Source: an uncultured Actinomycetes bacterium
GTDB taxonomy: Bacteria > Actinomycetota > Coriobacteriia > Anaerosomatales > PHET01
Assembly (NCBI GenBank): GCA_947085035.1
Contig: CAMTUW010000006.1
Coordinates: 20,484-84,483 of the forward strand
DNA: 64,000 bases
Direction: 5' to 3'
Shown: positions 1 through 8,140 of the stretch, piece after piece
Numbering within the stretch: position 1 is the stretch's first letter
Layout of the letters: the number at the start of each line of letters is the position of its first letter
Notes under the pieces: model-generated
What the model was told of the DNA's origin: nothing
Seen by the model: the letters and a program-made list of their open reading frames with translations, nothing else
Databases searched by the model: none
Program-made: the position numbers and the translations under genes

Positions 1-212
<212 letters not shown>

Positions 213-286
213 TTACCTATGGAATGGTACCACAATCACTTGGGTACAGCCTCTCAAAATGGGCCCTGAAGCCCACATGAAGCGCT

Positions 287-817
287 CTAGCGGACTTTGG
301 CGGCTTCGATGCCCTTTTTCCACTCAAGGTCGGCGATGGTGGCTTTGATGACTGTTTCTCGTAGAAGAGAGTCTTTGATCACGGCCGCAGACTCCCTCAC
401 GAGGTATGTTTCCTCTTGGCTCAAGGGAACCGAGACGGTCTCGTCTGGCTTATAGAACTCCTCTGCTTTTCTCTCCGCACGAGATATCGCGTGCCGTGCG
501 TCAACCTTCTTTGACACAGTGAAGCGCAGAGCTCTTACCGGAATCCCACCCATTTCTTGCTCGATGGCCTCGCGGTACGGCCCGCTGAGCGCGGTGAGCT
601 CTGTTGCCCACGCCGAAGAGTCAACGTGAATCACGAGTTCACCGTCTCTCAGGTGAGCTCCGGTCGTGTGAGGGCAGACCGCTGGCCCCGCGATCTTTTC
701 CCACGCTGCCGCTATCTTCACCTGAGTGGAAACCCCACCACCTTTTCGGTCGAGTTTCTTCTCGAGCGCGCTGAGTGCCTCCGCCAGGTCGATCTGACGC
801 CCTTTTCGTCGGCTCAC
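287..817 (-). CDS. DUF721 domain protein (DciA-like, the conserved gene after recF in Actinobacteria)
   Basis: 176-aa ORF. GTG start overlaps the recF stop (GTGA). Position between recF and gyrB is conserved. Sequence WEKIAGPAVCPHTTGAHLRDGELVIHVDSSAWATEL is typical of DUF721. Confidence 0.8.
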   Translation of the reverse strand: MSRRKGRQIDLAEALSALEKKLDRKGGGVSTQVKIAAAWEKIAGPAVCPHTTGAHLRDGELVIHVDSSAWATELTALSGPYREAIEQEMGGIPVRALRFTVSKKVDARHAISRAERKAEEFYKPDETVSVPLSQEETYLVRESAAVIKDSLLRETVIKATIADLEWKKGIEAAKVR

Positions 818-1902
818 AGCGTCACCACTTTGGCTCTTTCCAGCAAGGCTCCATCGAAGTAGCCCAGGTTGGTGGTCGTCATTATCGTTTGAGTGGCTTC
901 ACCAACCATTCCCGCTAAAGAGTGTCTTCTTCTCTCGTCCAGCTCTGACATGACATCGTCCAGGAGGAGGATCGGTCTCTTTCCGGAGACTTCAGCCACC
1001 ACGGACACCTCCGCCAGCTTGAAGGCCAACGCGATGCTCCGCTGTTGCCCTTGTGACGCGAACGTCCGTGAGTCCTTCCCGTTCAGCTCGAACACGATCT
1101 CATCCCGGTGAGGTCCGACTAAGGTCGTCTTGCGGGCCTTCTCTTCAGTTTGTTTCGTTTGGAGGTGAGACTCCATCGACGTTGTCCCGTCCTCGATACT
1201 TCCCTCGATCCCGTCTCTTTCCCAAGAAGGAATGTACCGAGCAACCACTTCCCCATCCGTGGCGATATCCAAATATGCGGCAGTGGTTTTGACTGCGATT
1301 CTCTTGAAAAGACCAGCTCTGTGAGCAGTGAGCCTCGAACCCAGACTCACGAGACGCTCATCCCAGACCGAGAGGGTGTCTTCGTCCCCATCTTCCTCCC
1401 GAAGGAGTCTGTTTCGCTGTCGCACCACCCGCTCGTATTCTGTCTTCAGACGAGCATACGTACTGGAAAGCTGTGTCCCCATCGAATCGACGGCGGCTCT
1501 TCTTCTCTCGCTGGTACCTTTGACTATCCGGAGATCATCGGGGGTGAAGATGACACAAGGGATCTCGCCGGCTACATCGGTGAGGGCTCTTCGTTGTTTG
1601 CCGTTCACGGCGTACTTCCGTCTCCCACTCTCTGAGACAGTGAGGGCGACGTCTCTTCGCCTGTTTCCGTCTTCTCCTACCAGAAAGAGTGAGGCTTCGC
1701 GTGCGCCCCATCTGATCACATCTGCCCATGAAGGCTTCTTGAAGGACTCTCCCTCCGTTAGGAGTTGAACGGCTTCAAGAAGGTTGGTTTTTCCCACTCC
1801 GTTCGGTCCCGCGATGACAGTGAGAGTCTCGTCCGGTTCGAGAATGATTCTCTCGTAGTTACGAAAATCCCTGACTTCGATCCGCGTGACGGTGAAGGAC
1901 AC
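814..1902 (-). CDS. recF: DNA replication and repair protein RecF
   Basis: 362 aa. Walker A GPNGVGKTN, ABC/SMC-type signature and Walker B (ILLLDDVMSELD). Directly downstream of dnaN. Confidence 0.95.
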   Translation of the reverse strand: MSFTVTRIEVRDFRNYERIILEPDETLTVIAGPNGVGKTNLLEAVQLLTEGESFKKPSWADVIRWGAREASLFLVGEDGNRRRDVALTVSESGRRKYAVNGKQRRALTDVAGEIPCVIFTPDDLRIVKGTSERRRAAVDSMGTQLSSTYARLKTEYERVVRQRNRLLREEDGDEDTLSVWDERLVSLGSRLTAHRAGLFKRIAVKTTAAYLDIATDGEVVARYIPSWERDGIEGSIEDGTTSMESHLQTKQTEEKARKTTLVGPHRDEIVFELNGKDSRTFASQGQQRSIALAFKLAEVSVVAEVSGKRPILLLDDVMSELDERRRHSLAGMVGEATQTIMTTTNLGYFDGALLERAKVVTL

Positions 1903-1908
1903 CTGGCA

Positions 1909-3012
1909 TCAACCGAGCCGGACAGGCATGAGGAGGTACCTGAAGTCCTCCCCTTCTCCTGACTCGATCAGCCCCGGCTTGATGGCGCTCTGAACGTGAA
2001 GGGATACCGTCTCCGTGGAAACCGCGTTGAGCCCGTCTGTCATGAACGCATGATTGAAGGCTATCTCCACATCTTTACCTTCTACTTTCACCATCAGATC
2101 CTCTGATGCATCTCCCACATCTTGCGTGTTCGCCGACAAAGAGAGCGTCTGATCCTCAACGTTGATAGTGACCTTCAGGGGAGTATTGTGCATCGCGAGC
2201 AAAGACACCCTCTTCACTGCGGCGGCCAGTTCATCCGTGACAACAACGACTGTTGTGTCCTCATCTGAGTGCTGAGGAATCAACTGCTTGTAGTTCGGGA
2301 ACGACCCCTCTATCCGGCGACAGATGAAGGTCGTGTCGGAGGCTTCGAAAACGACCTGGTTCTCTGAGACACCGATCCTCACCGTGTCATCTGAGCTGAT
2401 CTTCGAGGCTTCCTCCAGAGCTCTTCCTGGAATGATCACTTCAACATCTTGTTCAACCGGTTCACTCAGTAGGGTTTCTTCTATGGCGAGACGATAACTA
2501 TCTGTGGCCACCATTCTGATTCGAGCACCATCTATCAAAAAAAGAACTCCAGTCAACACAGCTCTGGTTTCATCGCGAGAAACCGCTCTTGAGACCTTCT
2601 TCACCATCGAAGAGAGAATACTTGAAGGGATAGTGATGGCCTTGTCCACTGCAACCTCTGGGAACTTCGGGAAATCAGATGCGTTCATGGTCTTGACCGT
2701 GAAGGATGACTGCTGACAACGAACAAGGATTCTATCGCCATCTGTCTCAAGGGTGACTGCAGCATCTGGAAGGCTACGGACGATATCCGTGAGTAGCCGT
2801 CCTGGTACCACGACGCTACCTTCACTCTCCACTAAAGCCGGGGAAGAACGCTTGATTGATATCTCCAGATCAGTTGCCTGGAGAGTCAGTAGTCCACCGG
2901 TCGTTTCAAGAAGGATTCCAGATAGGATCGGAAGAGTGGAACGAGACGACATGCTCTTTGAAACCACACCTAAGGCATCAAGGAGTTCACTTCTGGCGAT
3001 ACTGAGTTTCAT
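1909..3012 (-). CDS. dnaN: DNA polymerase III beta sliding clamp
   Basis: 367 aa starting MKLSIARSELLDAL with ATG at 3012. Typical DnaN length and synteny after dnaA. Confidence 0.95.
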   Translation of the reverse strand: MKLSIARSELLDALGVVSKSMSSRSTLPILSGILLETTGGLLTLQATDLEISIKRSSPALVESEGSVVVPGRLLTDIVRSLPDAAVTLETDGDRILVRCQQSSFTVKTMNASDFPKFPEVAVDKAITIPSSILSSMVKKVSRAVSRDETRAVLTGVLFLIDGARIRMVATDSYRLAIEETLLSEPVEQDVEVIIPGRALEEASKISSDDTVRIGVSENQVVFEASDTTFICRRIEGSFPNYKQLIPQHSDEDTTVVVVTDELAAAVKRVSLLAMHNTPLKVTINVEDQTLSLSANTQDVGDASEDLMVKVEGKDVEIAFNHAFMTDGLNAVSTETVSLHVQSAIKPGLIESGEGEDFRYLLMPVRLG

Positions 3013-3235
3013 TACTGTCCTTTCCTATCTATCTAATCAACACCACTACTAATAAGGCGTGTGGATATGTGGACAAGTCTCACGGTTGCAGTACAGCACG
3101 GGTGTAGCCATTCATTTCACCTGTGGGCCCATTGTTCCTTTCCTCCACACCATCAACACCGAGAGATTTGAATCCACAGGTTGAGACACTTGTCCGCAGT
3201 CCATCCATAAGGTGTTCACAGGCTTCTCCACAACA
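3013..3235. promoter_or_regulatory. oriC part 2 (dnaA-dnaN spacer): DnaA-box cluster plus AT-rich candidate unwinding element
   Basis: - TGTGGATAT at 3060-3068 and TGTGGACAA at 3068-3076 (minus-strand ATATCCACA and TTGTCCACA).
- TCCTCCACA at 3141-3149, GAATCCACA at 3170-3178, GTGTTCACA at 3212-3220, TTCTCCACA at 3224-3232.
- AT-rich tract ctatctatctaatcaacaccactactaataa at about 3024-3056. Confidence 0.7.
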
Positions 3236-4627
3236 CTAACTCTTCTGCCTGATCATGTTTGTCAATTGTTGTATCTGGTTCCAGACGTCTCTCTGAGAGC
3301 TCATGAGCTTCTGTATCTTAGCGAATGCGTGCATGACGGTGGTGTGGTCCCTCCCGCCGAACTCCTTTCCTATCATCGGCAACGATAGGTCCGTCAGTTC
3401 TCTGGAAAGATACATCGCCACCTGACGAGGATAGACGATTGACTGAGAGCGCTTACTACCAACAATCTCGGCGTGCGTAAGACCGTAGAAGCGACAGGTC
3501 TCCCTCTGGATGGTTGAGACCGATATCGGGCGCAATGATTGGTCGGGGAACAAGTCGCGGGTAACCTGCTCAACCATTGCCAAATCCACAACACTCTTCT
3601 TGGAGAGATCCCTGTAGGCGATGATCCTGATGGCAGCGCCCTCCATCTCTCGAACGTTGGGGGTTGAACGCTCGGCGATGTATGCGAGAGCGTTGTCCTC
3701 GAACGGAACCTTCTGTGTGTCGACGTACTGTTTGAGGATAGCGAGCCGGGTCTCGTAGTTTGGTGGTTGGATGTCCGCCTGAAGACCGGAAGCGAATCGG
3801 CTTTGGTAACGCTCATCCATGTCGATGTCTCTTGGCGGACGATCAGAGGCGAGAACGATCGCCTTGCCTCGCTGACGTAGCTCGTTGAAGGTGTGGAAGA
3901 ACTGATCCTGGGTTCCGATCTTCTTCTCAAGGAACTGGATGTCATCGATCAACAAGACGTCTGCGGTGCGGTACTTCTTGCGAAACGAGTTCTCAGTCTT
4001 CGCACCTATTGATTCAACAAAATCATTCGTGAAGGTCTCTGAAGTGACGAAGATGACCTTCTTGTGAGGGTAGTTCTCGGAAACGTAATGGGCGATAGCT
4101 TGTAACAGGTGCGTCTTTCCAAGACCAGGGCCCCCCCAGAGGAACAAAGGGTTGTACTTCATCCCAGGCTGCTCAGCCACTGCAAGAGCGGCGTTTCGCG
4201 CAAACGCGTTCGACTCCCCCACAACAAATGAGTCGAATGTGTATTTCGGATCGAACTCCCCAAGAGTGAGGGGTTTGGTGGGAACCTCGACGGCTGGATC
4301 GGGAGCAGATACTTCAGCAGGACCTTCGGGAGCCCCATCCAACGAAGCGCCACCCGCCGCACGGGATTGGTCAACAATGATCCTCACGGTGCTTTCAGTC
4401 GCGGTCACCTGGCTCAGCGCGGCGTTGATCCGCTGGGAGTATCGCTCCTCGAGCCAAGTACGAGCGAACTCGTTTTGAACACCGACGACAAAGATGCCCT
4501 CGTCGGTGAGTTCGAGAGGGACGGTATGCTCGAACCAAGTGAAGCTCGGTTCGTTGAGCTCCTCGCGAATAATCGCGAGCACGGCATCCCACGCGATGTG
4601 CATGTCCGTGATCGAGGGTGCCGACAT
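3236..4627 (-). CDS. dnaA: Chromosomal replication initiator protein DnaA
   Basis: 463 aa. AAA+ Walker A GGPGLGKTHL. C-terminal DNA-binding domain (HTTVMHA). AGGAG Shine-Dalgarno sequence (SD) before ATG at 4627. Confidence 0.97.
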   Translation of the reverse strand: MSAPSITDMHIAWDAVLAIIREELNEPSFTWFEHTVPLELTDEGIFVVGVQNEFARTWLEERYSQRINAALSQVTATESTVRIIVDQSRAAGGASLDGAPEGPAEVSAPDPAVEVPTKPLTLGEFDPKYTFDSFVVGESNAFARNAALAVAEQPGMKYNPLFLWGGPGLGKTHLLQAIAHYVSENYPHKKVIFVTSETFTNDFVESIGAKTENSFRKKYRTADVLLIDDIQFLEKKIGTQDQFFHTFNELRQRGKAIVLASDRPPRDIDMDERYQSRFASGLQADIQPPNYETRLAILKQYVDTQKVPFEDNALAYIAERSTPNVREMEGAAIRIIAYRDLSKKSVVDLAMVEQVTRDLFPDQSLRPISVSTIQRETCRFYGLTHAEIVGSKRSQSIVYPRQVAMYLSRELTDLSLPMIGKEFGGRDHTTVMHAFAKIQKLMSSQRDVWNQIQQLTNMIRQKS

Positions 4628-4650
4628 GAGTACTCCTACTCTCAGTATGC

Positions 4651-5526
4651 CTAGGAACGAGCGGTGAGGCTGTCGAGATACGAAATACCGAGCGTGGTGA
4701 GCCGCCGCTTTCCTTTTTCAGCGGCGATCAATCCGAACTCTTCGAGAGATGCGAGGTCGCGGTACGCGGTTGAGATGCCAACATCGAGCTCTTTGGACAC
4801 GAGACTGGGACCAGCGTTGGAGCCACTTTCCATGACCAAAGCGAGTACCTGCTTCTGTCGCGTGGTCAACAATGGGGTGGCTGTGGCAGTGGTGTCGTCG
4901 TAGGTCAACAAAGACGGCGGATCCTCGCTGACGAGAGGCGTGTCACTCGCCGTGGAAAAGGGCGCACGGAAAACATCTGCGGAGGTGGGGTGGTCGACGC
5001 TTGTTCTCACCGAAGAAATCGTGACGACCGAACCCGAGCCGAGATTGTCTTCGATCAAGATGCTCCCGCCACAGAACCCGAGGTAGTCGCTCACGATAGG
5101 TAGTCCTGATCCTACACCACGAATGAAACACTTCATTTCAGTGGTGGCGGTAGTGAAACCAGGTTTGAGCGCCTTGGCACCGTCATGGAAGCCGGGACCC
5201 TGGTCGGCGAACCTCAAGGTGCGGCCTTTATCGAGAATCGAGACGACGGGTTCCGAGAAGCCCGCATGGAGGAAGTTCTCACAGATCTCTCTGATCACCG
5301 TGAAAGGGATATCACTTTCCTGCTCTTGGGCCAGACGGTATACGGTCGTTGTGAGGTCTTCGAGGTACTCAAGGATGGGCCCGGGATCGACATCGATCAC
5401 ACGTGGGGCTGAGGCCGGAGAGTCATATATAGCTACGCGCGCGCGAGTCGGTATGGGTAACCCTTTGCCGTCGTATGCAACTGCAGACGACGGTGCCCCC
5501 TGCGTGTCCGAATAGTACGTCCTCAT
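4651..5526 (-). CDS. GHKL (histidine-kinase-like) ATPase domain fused to a C-terminal winged-HTH; function unknown
   Basis: - The track ORF 4651..5934 is an over-extension. The internal ATG at 5526 (MRTYYSD) is preceded by GAGGGGG.
- Bergerat-fold motifs: N-box EICENFLHAG, G1 DQGPGF, G2 GVGSGLP.
- C-terminal HTH: LVSKELDVGISTAYRDLASLEEFGLI.
- Stop lies only 23 nt before the dnaA start. Confidence 0.7.
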   Translation of the reverse strand: MRTYYSDTQGAPSSAVAYDGKGLPIPTRARVAIYDSPASAPRVIDVDPGPILEYLEDLTTTVYRLAQEQESDIPFTVIREICENFLHAGFSEPVVSILDKGRTLRFADQGPGFHDGAKALKPGFTTATTEMKCFIRGVGSGLPIVSDYLGFCGGSILIEDNLGSGSVVTISSVRTSVDHPTSADVFRAPFSTASDTPLVSEDPPSLLTYDDTTATATPLLTTRQKQVLALVMESGSNAGPSLVSKELDVGISTAYRDLASLEEFGLIAAEKGKRRLTTLGISYLDSLTARS

Positions 5527-5536
5527 GCCCCCTCGG

Positions 5537-6095
5537 CTTTCCACAACGAAGAAGTAATCCACAACACAATCCACAAGCGATACATCATCAGACCCTGACC
5601 ACCAACTTGAAAAAAGGCCGCTGAACTGCTGGTTTCCTACATACGAACGCAAGTTCGCCCTACCCCAGATGGCCTTTTCATGTCTTTCCACAGAACTTTC
5701 CACACTGTGAAAACCGTTTCCGTAACGCTTGGAGGAAGAAACGAAAACGTACCTGCTCACACACGGCGTATCTATCGGAATGAGGGCAGATCCGCTTTTC
5801 GGAGGTGCATGAAAAAGAGCTTCCCCTGCTTCCGTTTGTGGAAAGACCTTAAACGTGGGAGGCGATGGTAGGCCCCGAAAGACCCCACTGGGCCAAGAAC
5901 GCGCCGCGGGGGCTTTGAAAGAAACAAACGGCACAAAATAGGAGACGAACGGTCAGTATCAAGGTTCAAAGGTAGAGAAGAGTGCGTCCACGCACTGCGG
6001 ATGTTACCAACCTCTACAACGAATACTCAACGTCCCGAGAGACGTTATCCACAGGTTCCACAAGCACGACTCCTGCGTTTTCCACATTGTCCACA
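5537..6095. promoter_or_regulatory. oriC part 1: array of nine same-orientation DnaA boxes
   Basis: Plus-strand 9-mers:
- CTTTCCACA at 5537
- TAATCCACA at 5555
- CAATCCACA at 5567
- CTTTCCACA at 5684
- CTTTCCACA at 5696
- TTATCCACA at 6045 (perfect consensus)
- GGTTCCACA at 6054
- TTTTCCACA at 6078
- TTGTCCACA at 6087. Confidence 0.65.
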
Positions 6096-6242
6096 GATTA
6101 GAGAGGCAAATTCGAGCAACCACCCGTCCGCTCACTCGGGGTTGTAGAGGTGTGGGCGGAGAGGCGGGATATGGGCGAGATCCGGTCGTCCTCACGCGCA
6201 AGAGGTCCTTACCGGGGCGCGGACGTTCGTGGTCGCCACGGC

Positions 6243-6604
6243 TCAAGGATCAATAGCGGACGATAGTGGAGCTGGTTGCGCGACTAACGGTAGGTGTCCG
6301 GAACGAACCCCTTCGATGACTTGGCCGGTCTTCGAGAAAAGGGCAGCCAGTTCTGCCGAGGGCGGCACCGTGCGCCTGAGAGTCACGGAATACCCCGCGC
6401 TTGAGCCCGAGCCTTGGCTCTCGACACTGGCGGAAGCGCGCTCGATGTCCGTCCATTTCCACGCGGCGCGGTAGCGTCCGATGCTCGAGGTCGACCACAT
6501 GGGTCGCCGAGCCGTGTCTCGCTTACGAAGTCGTAGCGCTCACCCGTGGACGTCAGATACCACTCACCCTTGAGCTTCGAGTGGGTCATCTTGGCTCGTG
6601 ACAC
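6243..6604 (-). pseudogene. Frameshifted hypothetical gene (decayed)
   Basis: - ORFs 6383..6604 and 6243..6500 overlap in different frames.
- By my approximate hand count, third-position GC is high (about 27/35) in the first ORF up to ...RLGDP near 6500. It then drops (about 18/38) in that frame.
- The second frame (WSTSSIGRYRAAWKWTDIE...) becomes GC3-rich from the same point.
- A second drop occurs near 6320. Confidence 0.3.
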
Positions 6605-6652
6605 GAGTGAACCCCGCTTTCGTTATGTCGAGCGCCCCAGTGTCCAGAAGTA

Positions 6653-6686
6653 CAGCAGGACCCTGGTCGTGACCGGGGTCCTGCTG
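6653..6686 (-). terminator. Hairpin after the collagen-like ORF (possible intrinsic terminator)
   Basis: cagcaggaccc (6653-6663) pairs perfectly with gggtcctgctg (6676-6686), giving an 11-bp stem and a 12-nt loop. The downstream U-tract on the minus strand is weak (TACTTCTGG). Confidence 0.4.
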
Positions 6687-6736
6687 CTCACGCAACGTCG
6701 CGCCCCGCGCCGTCCGATGCGGGACTGGGCGACGCA

Positions 6737-7123
6737 TCAGTCCAGCCAGAAGTCCCAGTCCTCGTCGCCATACCAACCCATGATGGCCCATTGATCGGTG
6801 TCAATGAGTTCAATGCCGCTATCCGTGATCCTCAGTACAAAACGGCCATTGGCGCTAGTGATTTCCCAGCCGCCTTCAATCGCGGTCAGTCCTGCGCCGG
6901 CGGGACCTTCAGGACCTTCAGGACCTTCGGGGCCAACGCCACCTGCAGGACCAACGGGACCAGGCTCACCAGGAGCACCAGCGGGACCAGCGGCGCCCAT
7001 GACACCAGCGGGACCAGCGGCGCCCATGACACCAGCGAGGCCTCTTTCACCCTTGGCGCCCGTGCGTATTCCGGTGAAGCCGGTCACCCATTCCACTACA
7101 AGGCGGTCAGCAATCCGGTCCAA
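6737..7123 (-). CDS. Small collagen-like (Gly-X-Y repeat) protein, possibly a 5'-truncated remnant
   Basis: - 128 aa with about 20 uninterrupted G-X-Y triplets ([57 protein letters not shown]).
- A non-repetitive C-terminal domain follows ([44 protein letters not shown]).
- First possible start is TTG at 7123 with no SD. The in-frame sequence upstream stays open for 22 more codons up to a TGA at 7190-7192. Confidence 0.55.
   Translation of the reverse strand: MDRIADRLVVEWVTGFTGIRTGAKGERGLAGVMGAAGPAGVMGAAGPAGAPGEPGPVGPAGGVGPEGPEGPEGPAGAGLTAIEGGWEITSANGRFVLRITDSGIELIDTDQWAIMGWYGDEDWDFWLD
6903..6929. repeat. 9-bp tandem repeat x3 (ggaccttca) encoding EGP triplets
   Basis: ggaccttca at 6903, ggaccttca at 6912, ggaccttcg at 6921. 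Confidence 0.9.
6976..7037. repeat. 27-bp perfect tandem repeat (2 full copies plus a partial copy) inside the collagen-like ORF
   Basis: caccagcgggaccagcggcgcccatga occurs at 6976-7002 and identically at 7003-7029. A partial third copy, caccagcg, follows. It encodes GVMGAAGPA twice. Confidence 0.9.
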
Positions 7124-7297
7124 GCCGATCGCTTCGGAGCGAAGCGACGCGGTCTCGGTCTGAAAGCTACGTAGTGATCGGCTTGGTTGTCAACTTCGGA
7201 GCGTTTCTCGGTGCTTCTCCTTGATTGCCAAAGTTAGTGCAAAGGCCCTTGCACTTAGTCTGGCAAGGCTCCGTCGTGCTGGAAGCTGATCGAAGCA

Positions 7298-7327
7298 TTG
7301 ACGCAGCCTGTCGCAGACACATATAAT
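7298..7327 (+). promoter_or_regulatory. Candidate sigma-70-type promoter of the rpmH operon
   Basis: TTGACG (7298-7303), 18-nt spacer, TATAAT (7322-7327), about 45 nt upstream of the rpmH start. Confidence 0.55.
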
Positions 7328-7372
7328 CGTCGGGCTTTGCCCCAGAACGGAGGGGCGGCACTAGGAGGAAAA

Positions 7373-7507
7373 GTGAAGAGAACATACCAACCTAACACTC
7401 GGAAGCGCAGCAAGACCCACGGCTTCCGTGCGCGCATGGCGACTCGTGGAGGACGCGCTATCCTGGCGGCTCGGCGCCGAAAGGGCCGCAAGGTCCTGAG
7501 CGCATAG
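7373..7507 (+). CDS. rpmH: 50S ribosomal protein L34
   Basis: GTG at 7373 preceded by AGGAGG. Product [44 protein letters not shown] is the canonical L34. The 69-aa track ORF is an upstream over-extension. Confidence 0.95.
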   Translation: MKRTYQPNTRKRSKTHGFRARMATRGGRAILAARRRKGRKVLSA

Positions 7508-7526
7508 CGATGAAGGACGGGACGCG

Positions 7527-7868
7527 GTGCTGTGCGTCATGAGCACCATCAAGTCGGCGCGTGAGATTCAATCGGTCTTCGAGCACGGTCGGAGAATTGC
7601 CAACCCGCTGATTGTCGCACTGATAACACGGACACCCGACGGACGCGGCCACGACGGCCGCGTTGTGTTTATTGCGGGCAAACGCCTAGGGTCTGCGGTA
7701 TGCCGCAACCGGGCGAAACGGGTTCTCAGGGAGGCAGTCCGTCAGGCCGACGGTCCCTGGCCCGGAGTTGACGTCGCCCTGATCGCACGCGAGAAGACAG
7801 GCGGCGCTTCTCGCTGCGAACTGACGCGGGCTCTCGAAGACATCACGAAGCGAGCGGGAATCGCCTAG
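7527..7868 (+). CDS. rnpA: Ribonuclease P protein component
   Basis: 113 aa, immediately after rpmH. RNR-type motif [18 protein letters not shown]. The start may instead be the ATG at 7539. Confidence 0.9.
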   Translation: MLCVMSTIKSAREIQSVFEHGRRIANPLIVALITRTPDGRGHDGRVVFIAGKRLGSAVCRNRAKRVLREAVRQADGPWPGVDVALIAREKTGGASRCELTRALEDITKRAGIA

Positions 7869-8110
7869 TGAGCAGCTTGCTGACAGGAATCATGACGTTT
7901 CCTCGTAGGGCGCTGGTTCTTATGATTCGAGGGTATCGAAGGTTTGTGTCGCCGCTGCTTCCGCCGAACTGTCGGTTCACACCGACATGCTCTGCATATG
8001 CGCTAACATCAGTAGAGCGGCATGGTGTCATCAGGGGTGGGTGGCTGGCTACTCGGCGCATAAGCCGATGTCACCCTTGGAATCCCGGCGGACACGATCC
8101 CGTACCCTGA
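7868..8110 (+). CDS. yidD: Membrane protein insertion efficiency factor YidD
   Basis: 80 aa. Conserved [23 protein letters not shown]...RCHPW motif. Confidence 0.9.
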   Translation: MSSLLTGIMTFPRRALVLMIRGYRRFVSPLLPPNCRFTPTCSAYALTSVERHGVIRGGWLATRRISRCHPWNPGGHDPVP

Positions 8111-8140
8111 CAGGCTTGAGCGAAGGAGAATGACCCCGAC

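Noticed and set aside
5527-5934. N-terminal 136 codons of the 427-aa track ORF 4651..5934
   Set aside because: This segment covers the DnaA-box array and is low-complexity and non-hydrophobic with no motif. A proper ATG with a GAGGGGG SD occurs at 5526, so I treat it as a non-coding origin/promoter region.
6011-6150. 11-bp inverted repeat (ACCTCTACAAC at 6010-6020 / GTTGTAGAGGT at 6141-6151) bracketing four DnaA boxes
   Set aside because: My rough estimate is that one or two 11-bp inverted repeats within 150 bp are expected by chance in 64 kb. There are no transposase or target-site duplications, so I do not call it a mobile element or cruciform.
6798-7163. Plus-strand 121-aa Pro-rich ORF ([28 protein letters not shown]...) opposite the collagen-like ORF
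   Set aside because: It is the mirror image of the Gly-X-Y repeats. Its flanks ([23 protein letters not shown]...) look non-protein-like. The minus-strand frame has a plausible folded C-terminal domain and is followed by a hairpin.
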